Of a DNA stretch of 64,000 nt, positions 28,359-39,514 are shown in pieces. Origin of the DNA: an uncultured Acidobacteriota bacterium (GTDB lineage Bacteria > Acidobacteriota > UBA6911 > RPQK01); assembly GCA_964421755.1 (NCBI GenBank), contig CAYQYP010000368.1, positions 39,352 through 103,351 of the forward strand, in the 5' to 3' direction. Each line of letters opens with the position of its first letter. The first letter of the stretch is position 1. The position numbers and the translations under genes were made by a program. The notes below the pieces were generated by a model. That model saw only the letters and a list, made by a program, of their open reading frames with translations. It did not search any database and was not told the origin of the DNA.

Positions 28359-29191
28359 CCGCGGGGCATTTCCGGGGTGCCGCCTCGGATTGAAGTTCTG
28401 TTCCTGCTCCGACGGAGTATGAACCACAAGGCGGCACCGAAGATTAGCAGGGACACCAGTTGTGCGAAGGAGAAAATCCCGAAAGGCCTTAGTCCACCGT
28501 TGTCGGCCCGAATAAACTCCGTCATGAACCGATAGGCCGAATACCAGAGCATGCCGGTAAAAAAAACCTGCCCCTCAAACTGCCGATGCTTGAGCAGAGG
28601 GTACAGAAGCCCGAAACAGAGCAGGCCGAAAAACGATTCATACAACTGGGTCGGATGAACCGGCATGGACCGCGCAGATTCCGCCGGGAGGAGCCCGGCG
28701 GTCACCTGCAGACTGTGGACACTCGTCCCCGGAGGAAAGCGCGCACCCCATGGCAGGTCTGTGACGGCGCCGCCATTGCACCCAGCGAGGAAGCAGCCGA
28801 TCCGCGTCAGGAACAGTCCGAGTGCGAGTGACGGAGTCGCCGAATCCAGGAAACGCCGAACGGGGTAAGGCCGCATCAGGTAGATCAGCCCCCATGCAGC
28901 CAGCACGCCGAGCAAGCCTCCGTACAGGCTGAAACCCGACTCAGACCACCCACGCCAGGACGACAGGCCAAATTGGGCCACGTAGAGCAGCTTCGCTCCA
29001 ACAAGGAGAGCCGGGATTCCCCAGAAAAGCAGATCCGTCGCCGTCTGGATTTCCCCTCCCTGCTTCCGCCAAAGCCGGATCGTGAGCAGGCTGCCGAGAA
29101 TCAAGGAAAGGCAAAGCATGAACCAGTAGTTCGGCACGATCCACGGATTGACACCGTGCTCTACCAGCCATTGCATCAGCACCCGTCTCAT
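28355..29191 (-). CDS. lgt: Prolipoprotein diacylglyceryl transferase
   Basis: GAKLLY, SLYGGL, RIGCFLAGC, HPTQLYE, YRF.TEF.R. Confidence 0.88.
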   Translation of the reverse strand: MRRVLMQWLVEHGVNPWIVPNYWFMLCLSLILGSLLTIRLWRKQGGEIQTATDLLFWGIPALLVGAKLLYVAQFGLSSWRGWSESGFSLYGGLLGVLAAWGLIYLMRPYPVRRFLDSATPSLALGLFLTRIGCFLAGCNGGAVTDLPWGARFPPGTSVHSLQVTAGLLPAESARSMPVHPTQLYESFFGLLCFGLLYPLLKHRQFEGQVFFTGMLWYSAYRFMTEFIRADNGGLRPFGIFSFAQLVSLLIFGAALWFILRRSRNRTSIRGGTPEMPRG

Positions 29192-29311
29192 GAGGGAGAG
29201 TATAGGGCTTGGGAAACCCGCAGCACTACTGCTTCAGCGAAAAAGGGGAAAAGCGCATCAGTGGGGAACGCGGAAGCCACGAAACCAGCCAACCGGCCCG
29301 GTTGGTTCGGA

Positions 29312-30340
29312 CTACTCGAACAGGCCTTTCTGCCGGGTGCCGCGGCGGATGCCGAAATGGTCAAGCGCCAGGTCGGTCGCCATCCTCCCGCGCGGTGTCC
29401 GGTTCAGGAAGCCGACCTGGATCAGGTACGGTTCATAGATGTCTTCAATCGCATCCTTTTCTTCACTGATCGCGGCTGACAGGGTGTTGACTCCGACCGG
29501 TCCCCCGCCAAACTTCTCGATGATGGTCAGCAGCAGCTTGCGGTCTATTTCGTCAAACCCGAGGCGATCCACATTCATCATTTCCAGCGCTTTACAGGCC
29601 GTTTCGTGGGTGATTGTCCCGTCCGAACGGACCTGAGCGTAGTCTCTCACCCGCCTCAACAGACGATTGGCGATTCTCGGCGTCCCCCGGCTTCGCTTGG
29701 CAATCTCCACCGCGCCATCTGCATCCACCTGCACCGCCAGGATGCCTGCAGACCGTCGAACGATGCTCGTCAGGCTGGGAACGTCATAGAAATCCAACCG
29801 TTGGACGATCCCGAAACGGCCGAGAAGCGGCGAGGTAAGCAGTCCCGTGCGGGTCGTCGCGCCAACGAGCGTGAATTTCGGGATGTCGATCTTGATCGAT
29901 CGTGCACCCGGCCCTTCGCCGATGATGATGTCGATCTGGAAATCCTCCATGGCGGGGTAGAGGATTTCTTCAATCGCCGGGTGCAGGCGGTGGATCTCAT
30001 CAATGAACAGGACGTCGTTTTCTTCCAGGTTGGTAAGGATGGCGGCGAGATCCCCCCGCTTCTCGATTGCCGGTCCCGCGGTGGATCGAAAACTGACATT
30101 CAGCTCGTTGGAGAGAATCTGCGCGAGCGTCGTTTTCCCGAGGCCAGGCGGGCCGAACAACAAAACGTGATCCAGCGCCTCTTTACGTTGCCTGGTCGCC
30201 TCCACGGCGATGCCCAGGTTGTCTTTGACCTTCTGCTGACCGACGAACTCCTTGAGGACCCGCGGACGGAGATGGTTCTCGAAAGTGAACTCGTCTTCCC
30301 GATCGAGAGGATTCATCAGGCGATCGTCGTCTTCTTGCAT
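29312..30340 (-). CDS. ruvB: Holliday junction branch-migration ATPase RuvB
   Basis: [37 protein letters not shown]. Confidence 0.98.
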   Translation of the reverse strand: MQEDDDRLMNPLDREDEFTFENHLRPRVLKEFVGQQKVKDNLGIAVEATRQRKEALDHVLLFGPPGLGKTTLAQILSNELNVSFRSTAGPAIEKRGDLAAILTNLEENDVLFIDEIHRLHPAIEEILYPAMEDFQIDIIIGEGPGARSIKIDIPKFTLVGATTRTGLLTSPLLGRFGIVQRLDFYDVPSLTSIVRRSAGILAVQVDADGAVEIAKRSRGTPRIANRLLRRVRDYAQVRSDGTITHETACKALEMMNVDRLGFDEIDRKLLLTIIEKFGGGPVGVNTLSAAISEEKDAIEDIYEPYLIQVGFLNRTPRGRMATDLALDHFGIRRGTRQKGLFE

Positions 30341-30354
30341 AGAGGCGAACCTGC

Positions 30355-30951
30355 TTATCCGGAAATCTGTTTGAGCGACTTCCTCAGTAGATCTTCGAAC
30401 CGTCGCGTATCGGTCTGGCCCAACACTCGCCCGACCGCCTTTTCAGCGACATTGCGAGCATACCCGAGGTTCACCAGCGCCGAGACGACGTCTTCCTGAA
30501 CAGGAGATGTCAGAGTCGCCGACTCGGGGAGCTGTTCGGCGGATGCCAGGGTCCGCGCCTTCTCCTTGAGCTCCAGAACGATACGCTCGGCCGTTTTCTT
30601 CCCGATCCCCGGAATACTGCTCAGCCGGACGATGTCTCCCTGGCTGACGGCCCGGATCAACTCGTCGACCGGCAGCCCCGACAACGCCGTCACGGCCAGT
30701 CGCGGTCCAACACCGGAGACCTGGATCAGAAGTGTGAATACGCGCTTCTCGAGCGATGTCAGAAAGCCGTACAGCAAGAGTGCATCCTCGCGCACGTGGG
30801 TGTAGATATGGAGGTCGACCAGTTCGCCGGGATCCCCCAGGTCGTAATACGTCGAGAATGGAATCAGGACCTCGTATCCGACGCCGCCCACGTCCACAAC
30901 GATTCGATCGGCAGCCTTGCTGCGCAACGTCCCCTTGAGCCAGGCAATCAT
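30355..30951 (-). CDS. ruvA: Holliday junction DNA-binding protein RuvA
   Basis: [46 protein letters not shown]. Confidence 0.97.
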   Translation of the reverse strand: MIAWLKGTLRSKAADRIVVDVGGVGYEVLIPFSTYYDLGDPGELVDLHIYTHVREDALLLYGFLTSLEKRVFTLLIQVSGVGPRLAVTALSGLPVDELIRAVSQGDIVRLSSIPGIGKKTAERIVLELKEKARTLASAEQLPESATLTSPVQEDVVSALVNLGYARNVAEKAVGRVLGQTDTRRFEDLLRKSLKQISG

Positions 30952-31014
30952 ACTAGAAGGGATTATACGGGATAGGGATGGCTTTTCCGTCCGAAGTTTG
31001 TGACAGGTGCAGGA

Positions 31015-31023
31015 TGCTATAAT
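31015..31023 (+). promoter_or_regulatory. Extended -10 promoter for purFMN
   Basis: TGcTATAAT, about 90 nt upstream of purF. Confidence 0.6.
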
Positions 31024-31113
31024 AGTGGCCTTCCTAACGGCTGGATGATCAACAAGAAACCAGTCCGTTTGCTCTCGGTAAAAACGCGAACCCAAGGGAG
31101 GCGACGGAGGGTC

Positions 31114-32598
31114 ATGTCATCAGGAGCCCTTAAGGACCAGGACTGGTACGACATAGACGAGGATAAGTTCCGCGATGAATGCGGCGTTTTTGGAATTGCG
31201 CGCAGCGAGGAGGCATCGCGCCTGACTTACCTCGGGCTGTACGGGCTGCAGCATCGCGGGCAGGAGTCCGCAGGTATCGTAACCTCGGACGGTTCCAGGC
31301 TGCACCATCACAAAGGGATGGGGTACGTTTCGGACGTCTTCGACAGCCAGCGGATCGCCTCGCTACCAGGTGACAGCGCCATCGGACATGTCCGGTACTC
31401 CACGACAGGCAGCAGTATTGTCGCGAACGCGCAGCCGATCCTCACCGAGTCATGGCGGGGCCCGATGGCGGTCGCCCACAATGGGAACCTGGTCAATGTC
31501 AGCCAGATCCGCCAAAGGCTGGAAAGTGACGGCGCAATCTTCCAGTCAACCAGCGATACCGAAGTGATCCTACACCTGCTGGCCCGCTGTCCGCTCCACG
31601 ACTTCGACGCCGCCCTAAAGAATGTGCTGTCGTACGTTCATGGTGCGTTTTCGCTCGTATTGCTGACCCCCAGAACCCTGTATGCAGTGCGCGACCCGTT
31701 CGGCGTGCGACCGCTCTGCCTCGGCCGCCTCGGCGAAGCATTCGTGGTTGCATCGGAGACGTGCGCTTTTGACCTTCTGGGCGTGGAATACATCCGAGAC
31801 GTCCTGCCCGGCGAGATTCTGCGAATCCAAGACGGGGAGCTGCGTTCCGCGTTCCTGCCCACTGCGCCGCGTACCGCCCACTGCATATTTGAGCATGTCT
31901 ACTTCAGCCGGCCGGACAGTAAGGTCTTTGAGCGAAGCGTCCACAAAAGTCGGTACAAGATGGGGAGGCAATTAGCCAAGGAAGCTCCGGTGGAGGCCGA
32001 ACTCGTCGTGCCGGTGCCGGACTCGGGAGTCACCGCCGCCCTTGGGTATTCCGACGAGTCAGGAGTGCCGTTTACGATGGGGCTCGTTCGGAACCATTAC
32101 GTCGGGCGGACCTTTATTCAGCCTTCGCCTTCGATCCGGCATTTCGGAGTCCGCGTGAAGCTGAACCCCGTCAAGGAACTGCTGAGGAACAAGAGAATCA
32201 TTCTGATCGACGACTCAATCGTCCGCGGCACAACCAGTCAGAAAATTGTGGACATGGTGCGGTCAGCCGGTGCCCGGGAAGTTCACTTCAGGATCAGCTC
32301 GCCGCCCACCATCGCGCCCTGCTACTACGGCATCGATACACCGACTTACCGGGAACTGATCGCCGCCCAAAAAAGCGTGGAGGAGATTCGCCAGTTTGTC
32401 GGAGCCGACACCCTCGCATACCTTTCCCTCGAGGGGATGAAAGCGGCGGTCGGCGATCGTGGAGACTTCTGCTCCGCCTGTTTCGATGAACAATACCCAA
32501 TTACTGTGGGGGGCGAACACCGCCAGAAGGAGTTGTTCAGTCTTCAGGAGCTTCGCCGCTCAGAGCAGCTTGTGAGCAAAGAAAAGAACACGGACTAA
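31114..32598 (+). CDS. purF: Amidophosphoribosyltransferase (propeptide and Fe-S type)
   Basis: DECGVFG, LQHRGQESAG, HNGNL, CIFEHVYF, DDSIVRGTT, FCSAC; GGAGG RBS. Confidence 0.97.
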   Translation: MSSGALKDQDWYDIDEDKFRDECGVFGIARSEEASRLTYLGLYGLQHRGQESAGIVTSDGSRLHHHKGMGYVSDVFDSQRIASLPGDSAIGHVRYSTTGSSIVANAQPILTESWRGPMAVAHNGNLVNVSQIRQRLESDGAIFQSTSDTEVILHLLARCPLHDFDAALKNVLSYVHGAFSLVLLTPRTLYAVRDPFGVRPLCLGRLGEAFVVASETCAFDLLGVEYIRDVLPGEILRIQDGELRSAFLPTAPRTAHCIFEHVYFSRPDSKVFERSVHKSRYKMGRQLAKEAPVEAELVVPVPDSGVTAALGYSDESGVPFTMGLVRNHYVGRTFIQPSPSIRHFGVRVKLNPVKELLRNKRIILIDDSIVRGTTSQKIVDMVRSAGAREVHFRISSPPTIAPCYYGIDTPTYRELIAAQKSVEEIRQFVGADTLAYLSLEGMKAAVGDRGDFCSACFDEQYPITVGGEHRQKELFSLQELRRSEQLVSKEKNTD

Positions 32599-32653
32599 GA
32601 CGGTTCACCGGTTCAACGGCGGGGGAATTCAGTATCATATCCCCCGAAACTCT

Positions 32654-33676
32654 ATGAAATACAGCGACAGCGGAGTAGACATCGACCGATCCAACGAGGC
32701 CAAACGAAGAATCAAGGAGCTCGTCCGCTCCACGTACAACCAGGCGGTCGTAGGAGACATTGGCGCTTTCGGCGGTATGTTCAGGCCGGATTTCCTCAAC
32801 TTTCAAAAACCGGTTCTTGTGGCCAGCGTCGATGGAGTGGGCACCAAGCTGAAAGTCGCCTTCATGTCCGGCATTCACAACACGGTCGGCGTCGACCTGG
32901 TGTCACACTGCACCGACGATATTCTCGTGCAGGGCGCCCTCCCTCTATTCTTCCTGGACTATATCGCGACCGGGAGAGTCGAACCACAGGTCATCGGAGA
33001 ATTGGTGGCGGGACTGGCGGAAGGGTGCAGGCAGTCACAGTGCGCCCTGATCGGCGGCGAAACGGCGGAAATGCCTGATTTCTACCAACCGGGTGAATAC
33101 GACGTGGCTGGCTTCATCATTGGCGTCGTGGACGAATCGAAGATCCTGGGTCCTGCCAGGGTGCAAGAGGGAGATGTCCTGATTGCTCTTGCCTCAAGCG
33201 GTCTCCACACCAACGGGTATTCCCTGGTTCGAAAGCTCTTCTTCGAGCAGGAGCATCTGGCCGTCGACTCCTATGTTCCGGCTCTCGGCAAGACGGTGGC
33301 CGAGGAATTGCTCACCCCGCACAGGAACTATCTGCCGCTTTTGCGAGAACTGGTTCACAGCGACGATCTGCACGCCATGGCTCACATCACCGGGGGCGGA
33401 ATCACCGAGAACCTGGACAGGGCGCTCCCTCCACACCTGGACGCGGCCGTTAAGCGCGGTACCTGGGAGGTGCTCCCGATCTTCCGCTTCATTCGCGAGC
33501 GGGGATCAATCGAAGACAGCGAGATGTATCGCACCTTCAACATGGGGGTTGGCATGGTCCTCGTAGCGGATCGAAACCGGATCGAGCGAGTCGAGGACTA
33601 CCTGCGCAACCGCAACGAGCAGTACTACTTGATCGGTGAGATCACCGAAGGCGCGGGCAAGGTCAGGTACGTATGA
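32654..33676 (+). CDS. purM: AIR synthetase
   Basis: Y..SGVDID, DGVGTKL, PLFFLDY, GGETAEMP, SSGLHTNGYSL, HITGGG. Confidence 0.98.
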   Translation: MKYSDSGVDIDRSNEAKRRIKELVRSTYNQAVVGDIGAFGGMFRPDFLNFQKPVLVASVDGVGTKLKVAFMSGIHNTVGVDLVSHCTDDILVQGALPLFFLDYIATGRVEPQVIGELVAGLAEGCRQSQCALIGGETAEMPDFYQPGEYDVAGFIIGVVDESKILGPARVQEGDVLIALASSGLHTNGYSLVRKLFFEQEHLAVDSYVPALGKTVAEELLTPHRNYLPLLRELVHSDDLHAMAHITGGGITENLDRALPPHLDAAVKRGTWEVLPIFRFIRERGSIEDSEMYRTFNMGVGMVLVADRNRIERVEDYLRNRNEQYYLIGEITEGAGKVRYV

Positions 33677-34341
33677 AAAAAGTAGCCATTTTGCTCAGCG
33701 GCAGGGGCTCAAACTTCCGTGCCTTATCGGACGCGATAGACCAGGGGCGGATTCCAGCCAAAATCGCCCTGGTGATTTCCAACCGCCCAGAGGCTCCCGG
33801 TCTCCAGTACGCTCGTGACCGGGGTTTCAAGAGCGTCTGCATCCCCTCGGCCGGAATGGACAGGGAAGCCTTTGACCGGTTGATGGCCCGCGAGATCGAC
33901 GCGGAAGCCATTGACTTCATCTGCCTCGCCGGGTTCATGCGGATTCTCAGTTCCTGGTTCGTCCAACGCTATCCGCTCAGGATCTTGAACATCCATCCTT
34001 CCTTGCTGCCTGCTTTTCCCGGCGTCCATGCCCAGCGACAGGCCCTTCTGTGGGGAGCCAAGGTGACGGGGTGCACCGTTCATTTTGTGGACGAGGAGCT
34101 GGATCACGGTCCGATCATCGTCCAGTTCCCCGTTCCGGTCCTGGAGGGCGACACCGAGGATACGCTCTCCGATCGCATCCTTGTCCATGAGCACGAGATC
34201 TACCCTGACGCGCTCAAAATCGTTTGCGAAGAACGATATCGAATCGAGGGACGCCGGCTCATCATCAAACCCGAAGACGTCGACGTAGGGCCGACACCGA
34301 AGTCGGACATGCCTCTCGGAAGTGAAATTCACGACGTCTAG
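33673..34341 (+). CDS. purN: Phosphoribosylglycinamide formyltransferase
   Basis: SGRGSN, LAGFMRIL, NIHPSLLP.F.G, GCTVHFV..ELDHGPII. Confidence 0.97.
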   Translation: MKKVAILLSGRGSNFRALSDAIDQGRIPAKIALVISNRPEAPGLQYARDRGFKSVCIPSAGMDREAFDRLMAREIDAEAIDFICLAGFMRILSSWFVQRYPLRILNIHPSLLPAFPGVHAQRQALLWGAKVTGCTVHFVDEELDHGPIIVQFPVPVLEGDTEDTLSDRILVHEHEIYPDALKIVCEERYRIEGRRLIIKPEDVDVGPTPKSDMPLGSEIHDV

Positions 34342-34353
34342 CCCGGCGATCGG

Positions 34354-35511
34354 TCACGCCTTCAGGTACTGCTCCAACCGATCAAGCCCCTCGACCAACC
34401 GATCGTACGGTGCCGCATAAGAGAGCCTGAGAAAGCCCTCCCCGCCGGGTCCGAAATCACTCCCCGGCGTTACGGCGACGTGAGCCTTCTCCAGGATTTC
34501 GAACGCGAGGTCATAGGACGAAAGATGCCGAGCTTCGCATTGGGAACGAGCGTCTGCCAGGACGTAAAAAGCACCGGTCGGAATGACCGGGAGCCCGAGA
34601 TCCATCTTAGGGAGCCGCTCGATCAGCAGTCGCCGGCGGCGGTCATACTCGGCCGCCATTTCCGCCAGGTAAGGACCGCAAGGCGCCTCAAAAGCGGCGA
34701 GGGCCGCCGTCTGCGCGAAATGGCAGGCAGAGATAAAGAAGTTCTGCTGCATTTTCTGCACGACTCGGACAAGCGGCTGCGGAAGGATGAGGTACCCGAG
34801 CCGCCACCCAGTCATCGCGAAAAGTTTCGAGAATCCATTGACTACGACGCTCGTCTCAGTAAATTCGCGGATTGAGTGGGCACGGTCAGCGTAGACCAGC
34901 CCGTGGTAGATCTCATCCGAGATGATCAGTAGTCCCAGCTGTGCCAGCTCTTTCATCGTCTCGCCGGGCATGATCGTCCCGGCCGGATTCGACGGCGAGT
35001 TGATCAGGACAGCGCGCGTCCTCCCGGTCACGGCACGGAGCACGCTCTTTGGGGACAACTGCAGACGGTCTTCGGGCGTCACCGGCGCGGTGACAGGCCG
35101 CCCGCCCGCAAAGGTAATCAGATTCGGATAGCAGGCGTAGTATGGATCGGAGATGATCACCTCATCACCCGGCTCGCAGATCGCCATGAAAGCGAGAAGC
35201 ATCGCCGGGCTGGTACCGGATGTGACAACGATGCTATCCCGGTCGATCGTCGTCCCGTAGGAAGCCGAGTGCCATCGGGCGATTGCTGCGCGCAACTCCG
35301 GAGTGCCCATGGAGTGTGTGTAGTGCGTGTGGCCCTGGTCCAAGGCGCCGTGAGCCGCCTCGACGACCGGGGACGGCGTGTCGAAACCGGGTTCGCCGAC
35401 TTCCATATGGACGATGTCGATTCCCTGTCGCTCGAGGAACTGCGCGCGCTCGAGCACTTCCATCACCATGAAAGGCGACATCGAACAGGCACGGGCCGCT
35501 GGTTTTAGCAT
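34354..35511 (-). CDS. Class I/II PLP-dependent aminotransferase (AspC-like)
   Basis: VGEP.FDTP, NSPSNPAG, SDEIY, NGFSK.FAMTGWRLG. Confidence 0.92.
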   Translation of the reverse strand: MLKPAARACSMSPFMVMEVLERAQFLERQGIDIVHMEVGEPGFDTPSPVVEAAHGALDQGHTHYTHSMGTPELRAAIARWHSASYGTTIDRDSIVVTSGTSPAMLLAFMAICEPGDEVIISDPYYACYPNLITFAGGRPVTAPVTPEDRLQLSPKSVLRAVTGRTRAVLINSPSNPAGTIMPGETMKELAQLGLLIISDEIYHGLVYADRAHSIREFTETSVVVNGFSKLFAMTGWRLGYLILPQPLVRVVQKMQQNFFISACHFAQTAALAAFEAPCGPYLAEMAAEYDRRRRLLIERLPKMDLGLPVIPTGAFYVLADARSQCEARHLSSYDLAFEILEKAHVAVTPGSDFGPGGEGFLRLSYAAPYDRLVEGLDRLEQYLKA

Positions 35512-35655
35512 GTCTCTAAGCATAGGGGTCAACCAGAGAGTGTCACGCGCGCAGGACCGACGCAAGTTCTTTGTCTTTGACCTGTGCCGCTGCTAAACTG
35601 GAATTAAGTCAGTCCTTCCCTTCCTGGACCCTAACAAACAAAGGAGCCGTCACTT

Positions 35656-35916
35656 ATGGGTATTCTCGCGTGGGTGGTTTTCGGGTTGGTCGTCGGAGCC
35701 CTGGCCAAACTGATTATGCCTGGAAGAGATCCCGGAGGGTGCATCATCACGATCCTCCTTGGCGTCGCTGGTTCGTTGCTGGGAGGATTTGTCGGCAAGG
35801 CGATCGGCCTTTACTCAGAAGAAATCTCGGGCGGCGGCTTCATCATGTCCCTGCTGGGGGCGGTGCTACTCCTGGGTATCTACCGATTCGCTTTCGCTCC
35901 CCGAAATGTCGTCTAG
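35656..35916 (+). CDS. GlsB/YeaQ/YmgE-family membrane protein
   Basis: WVVFGLVVGALAKLIMPG.DPGG.I.TI.LG.AGS..GG; AAGGAG RBS. Confidence 0.9.
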   Translation: MGILAWVVFGLVVGALAKLIMPGRDPGGCIITILLGVAGSLLGGFVGKAIGLYSEEISGGGFIMSLLGAVLLLGIYRFAFAPRNVV

Positions 35917-35937
35917 GCAGGCGGCTGAGTTCTGGCC

Positions 35938-36059
35938 TTTCAGAGCCGCACGCAGCGTTTTCCAGCGGAGTAAGCGGGTTCTCCGTGCCCCAGAGACTCT
36001 TCGGAACAGCTTCGAACCCGCTTACTCCGCTGGAAAACGCTGCGTGCGCGGCTCTGAAA
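35938..36059. repeat. Long inverted-repeat element (44/46-bp arms), between convergent genes
   Basis: Arms 35938-35981 and 36014-36059 are complementary except for a 2-nt indel. Confidence 0.88.
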
Positions 36060-36083
36060 TACACTGCTCGGTGGACCTACTGC

Positions 36084-36512
36084 CTACTCGGCGTCAAGTT
36101 TGGTGGCGCGGTAGGTTTCAAAGTAAAGGTTCTCCACCTGCTGTAGCGCCTGGGGATCCGCCGCAGCGAGTGCAGATGCGACAGTGTCTTGCCGTTCCAG
36201 CACGGAAGCGAAATTCGCCCGAGCGTGCGGGTCTTCAACCGCCTGCGCCAGGCGGGCGAGCTGTTGGAAGTAGCGCGACGCGTGTTGCCCAGCCAGTCCG
36301 TAGTTCTTCCGGTTCACCTCAACGTACATGAGGGCCGCCGTATCCCGAATCGCTGCCATCTCGGATTCCGTGCGCAGGCGTGCCGTCTGCTGTTGCTCGG
36401 CCTCGAGCTGCCGCTGGACACGCCCGACGCGGTACTGCCCCAGCAGCAAGCCGAGAAGGAGGGCCACAAGCAGGGCGGCCGCGATCATCATCGGTTTGCG
36501 TAGCTTTTCCAT
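36084..36512 (-). CDS. Membrane-anchored coiled-coil hypothetical protein
   Basis: N-terminal hydrophobic helix followed by a Gln/Glu-rich helical region. Confidence 0.7.
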   Translation of the reverse strand: MEKLRKPMMIAAALLVALLLGLLLGQYRVGRVQRQLEAEQQQTARLRTESEMAAIRDTAALMYVEVNRKNYGLAGQHASRYFQQLARLAQAVEDPHARANFASVLERQDTVASALAAADPQALQQVENLYFETYRATKLDAE

Positions 36513-36675
36513 AGTGCCGGCCTATTATTCTCGTCCCGTTTGGGTCGCCGGGGACCTGTTCTTGCACCATGATATCCGGATTGATCGGGGCTGCAAATAA
36601 AGCGTCGGTGAAGCGCGGCCGCACGGTTCACACCCGTGGATCTGGATGTTAAGCTGATCCAAGGCCGCGACGACC

Positions 36676-37668
36676 ATGAACCAGACAAAAGAGCAACTTG
36701 ACCCGATAGATCGACTCGTAGACGGTTTCCGCACGGCACAGATTGTAATGACGGCAAACCGCCTGGGTGTCTTTGCACTTCTTGACCGGGGCTCTTTGAA
36801 AGCCTCGGAGATCTCGGATGGCCTGCAGGTCAGCATGAGAGGCATCACGATACTTTGTGATGCCCTGGTCAGCCTCGAGCTCCTGGGAAAGGAAGGCGAC
36901 CGCTATCGAAACAGCCAGATTGCGCTGGAGTATTTGCTCCCATCCTCCCCGCTCGGCAAATCCGCGCTGTTGCTGCATTCCGCACGGCTGTACAACCGCT
37001 GGGGCAAGCTTTACGAGACGGTAAAGCAGGGAAAACCGCTGGAGGAGGAAACGGGCGATCCCGGGCTGTCCAGAAACGACGCCGACTTCGCCCGTGCGAT
37101 GGCCGATTCCGCCAGAATCCCAGCCCGGGAGACGGCTTCGGAGCTTGATTTAAAGGGCGTGCGTCGCCTGCTCGACGTAGGGGGTGGCCCCGGCACTTTC
37201 GCAATCGAGATCGCCAAGGCAAATCCCGACCTGTCAGTTGTCGTGATGGACTCCGAAAAGACTCTCCAGGTAGCGGCCGGGAATGTGAAGGCAGCCGGCC
37301 TATCCAACCGCATCACTTTCAAGATCGGCGACGCATTCCAGGACGATCCGGGACGAGACTTCGATTTTGTCCTGCTTTCAAACGTGGTGCACAGTTATTC
37401 CGCCGAAGAAAACCGGGAATTGATTGGGCGCTGCGCGCTCGCTTTGCGACCCGGGGGCCAAATTTGTCTGAAAGACTTCGTTTTGAACTCCGATCGCACG
37501 TCCCCCGTCGGAGCTGCGCTGTTCGCGGTGAACATGCTGGTGAATACCGAGGGAGGCAACTGCTATACCCTGGAGGAGATGCGCTCCTGGTTCGAGGCGG
37601 CAGGAATCGAATACGAGGAAGCGCGCCCGGTCTCCCGATACTCGATGCTGGTCCTCGGACGGAAGTAA
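36676..37668 (+). CDS. Class I SAM-dependent O-methyltransferase (type 2, with dimerisation domain)
   Basis: N-terminal LGVFALL wHTH-like region, [22 protein letters not shown]. Confidence 0.9.
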   Translation: MNQTKEQLDPIDRLVDGFRTAQIVMTANRLGVFALLDRGSLKASEISDGLQVSMRGITILCDALVSLELLGKEGDRYRNSQIALEYLLPSSPLGKSALLLHSARLYNRWGKLYETVKQGKPLEEETGDPGLSRNDADFARAMADSARIPARETASELDLKGVRRLLDVGGGPGTFAIEIAKANPDLSVVVMDSEKTLQVAAGNVKAAGLSNRITFKIGDAFQDDPGRDFDFVLLSNVVHSYSAEENRELIGRCALALRPGGQICLKDFVLNSDRTSPVGAALFAVNMLVNTEGGNCYTLEEMRSWFEAAGIEYEEARPVSRYSMLVLGRK

Positions 37669-37855
37669 TGACGGCGGGCAGACGGCAACGGGCAGACGGC
37701 AACGGGCAAAGGGCAGCGGGCGGAGGGCAGTAGGCGGAGGGCAGTGGGCAGTGCGCAGTGCGCAGTGGTCCTTGCGTCTGCACTGCTGTTGCCTGTTCTT
37801 CAACCTTTTCCCGCCCGCAACCTTCCCTTCCCGCCGCCTTCTGCCTTCTGCCTTT
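37669..37855. repeat. GGCAG-type heptamer tandem repeat with an inverse CTGCCTT array
   Basis: Heptamers at 37677-37768 and (CTGCCTT)n at about 37835-37855. Confidence 0.75.
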
Positions 37856-39422
37856 ACGAGCTGCTGGCCGAGATTCTGCAAATTGGGGGTTTGCTGGCAC
37901 TCGGATGTTCGATCTCGGTCTGGCTCGCCTGGCAGAAAACCAAGATCCCGCCAAAGCGGCCGTACGTGGTCCTAGCCGCCGAACCACTGCTCTTTTCGTA
38001 TGCGCTCGTCTGCGGCCTGATCCTCGAGTACCCGAGCTTGCTGACGATCAGCCTTCTCGACTTTCTCCACGACTACGGCGTTTTCTGGGCCTCTGCCCTG
38101 CTGATCTATTGCCTCCTGCTGGCTGCCGTAGCGATTGGCTACCTTGCCGGGGGGACGCAGGGCCTGGCGCGTCTGTTGCTCTTCGCGCTGGCTTGGATGG
38201 GCATCGGATGGTGGATCGCTCAACCAGCCGGCGTGCGGCCCGGCCAGTCAAGTGCCAACAGCGTGGTCATCCTGGGCTTTGACTCCCTCTCCCAGGAAAC
38301 AGACGATCTCGAGCTTCTTCGCAAATACGTCGACGAGGCAGGCGGAACCTGGTTTCAACACCCGGTGACACCCGCGCTCCTGACAAACCCCGTCTGGACT
38401 TGCATCCTGGCTGGTCAACCAGCCAGCCAGACCGGGGTTTTCTACATCAACCAGATCGCCGACTGGGAGCAGATCCCCGACCATCTCGTCGCGCGGGCCA
38501 AACGGGCGAAATACGCAACGTTCAGCTTCTTCTCCGACAAGTTCACGACTTACGTCGGCAGCATGGCCGGATTCGACGATGATCGGAGCGGGCCGATCGG
38601 CTGGAAGCAGGCGACAACATCGCACATCAAGAATTCCAGCTTCCTCCTGCCGCCGCTGCTTTCTATCCTTCCGCAGCTTCCCTGGGCCAGGACTCCCCGG
38701 AATCAATCGGGAACGTTCACTTACGACGTGCGTCAAGAGATCGTTGAGATTCTAACCGCCGGGACATCCAGCTCGAAGAGCCTGGTCATCGCGCACCTGG
38801 ATTTCCTGCATCAACCCCGTTACCCCAGTTACTCGGAGCTGGACTCGGAGGAATCAAGAATCATCCGAGCCGCCAGGGCCGGAGCATTGTTGGACCACAG
38901 TGTTAACTGGCAGATGCCCGTGCGACCCGGTGAACCCCTCCCAATCTATGCGCGGAAAGGCAGGCAACTGCAGCAGGTTGTTGTCGAATGCCTGCGGACC
39001 ACGGGCTTCCTCGAGCCAAGGAGAAACAACAAGCTCGTGATCCTCTCGGACCACGGACCACGCACCGGAATGACGCCCGACAATTTCGGGATGCCAAGTA
39101 TTACCGAGTCCCGTTAATCGGTTTCAACACCGCCAAGCGGGACCCGTCCGAACCGATCTCATTGATCGACATCGCGGACTTGATTGGTTTAGCCAATGCC
39201 GCCTCTCAAAGCCCGGCCGACCCGGTCGTGGAGTACACAAACTGCTCACCATTGGAGTGGACGCGGTTCATGCAGGAATCGCAATGGCAGGCCGATGGGA
39301 CCACGCGGATGGTCCCTGAGATACTGCGAAGTGTCTCAAAGCGTCTTCGCGGTTACCGGCCCTACGGCGTTCATCCCGGATACTTCCAGGTTCCGCCGAA
39401 CGAATCCGCCCGGGCGCGGTAG
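37744..39422 (+). pseudogene. Membrane-anchored alkaline-phosphatase/sulfatase-superfamily protein split by a -1 frameshift near 39090
   Basis: ILGFDSL, LLTNPVW, HLDFLHQP and ILSDHG in one frame; VPLIGF and PISLIDIA continue in the other frame. The 5' end lies in a repeat, so the start is uncertain. Confidence 0.7.
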
Positions 39423-39514
39423 GGCGACCAGACGCCACGGGTCCTTTCCACGTCGGAAATAGTTGTCCTGCTTGCGGCGCTTTTCCGCTAACATGGCTGC
39501 TCCGAGGGCCACGG

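Noticed and set aside
30995-31011. LexA box upstream of ruvA
   Set aside because: Only one half-site (TGCACCT), with no partner at 11 bp.
39075-39095. Programmed -1 ribosomal frameshift
   Set aside because: No canonical slippery heptamer; a simple indel or sequencing error is more likely.
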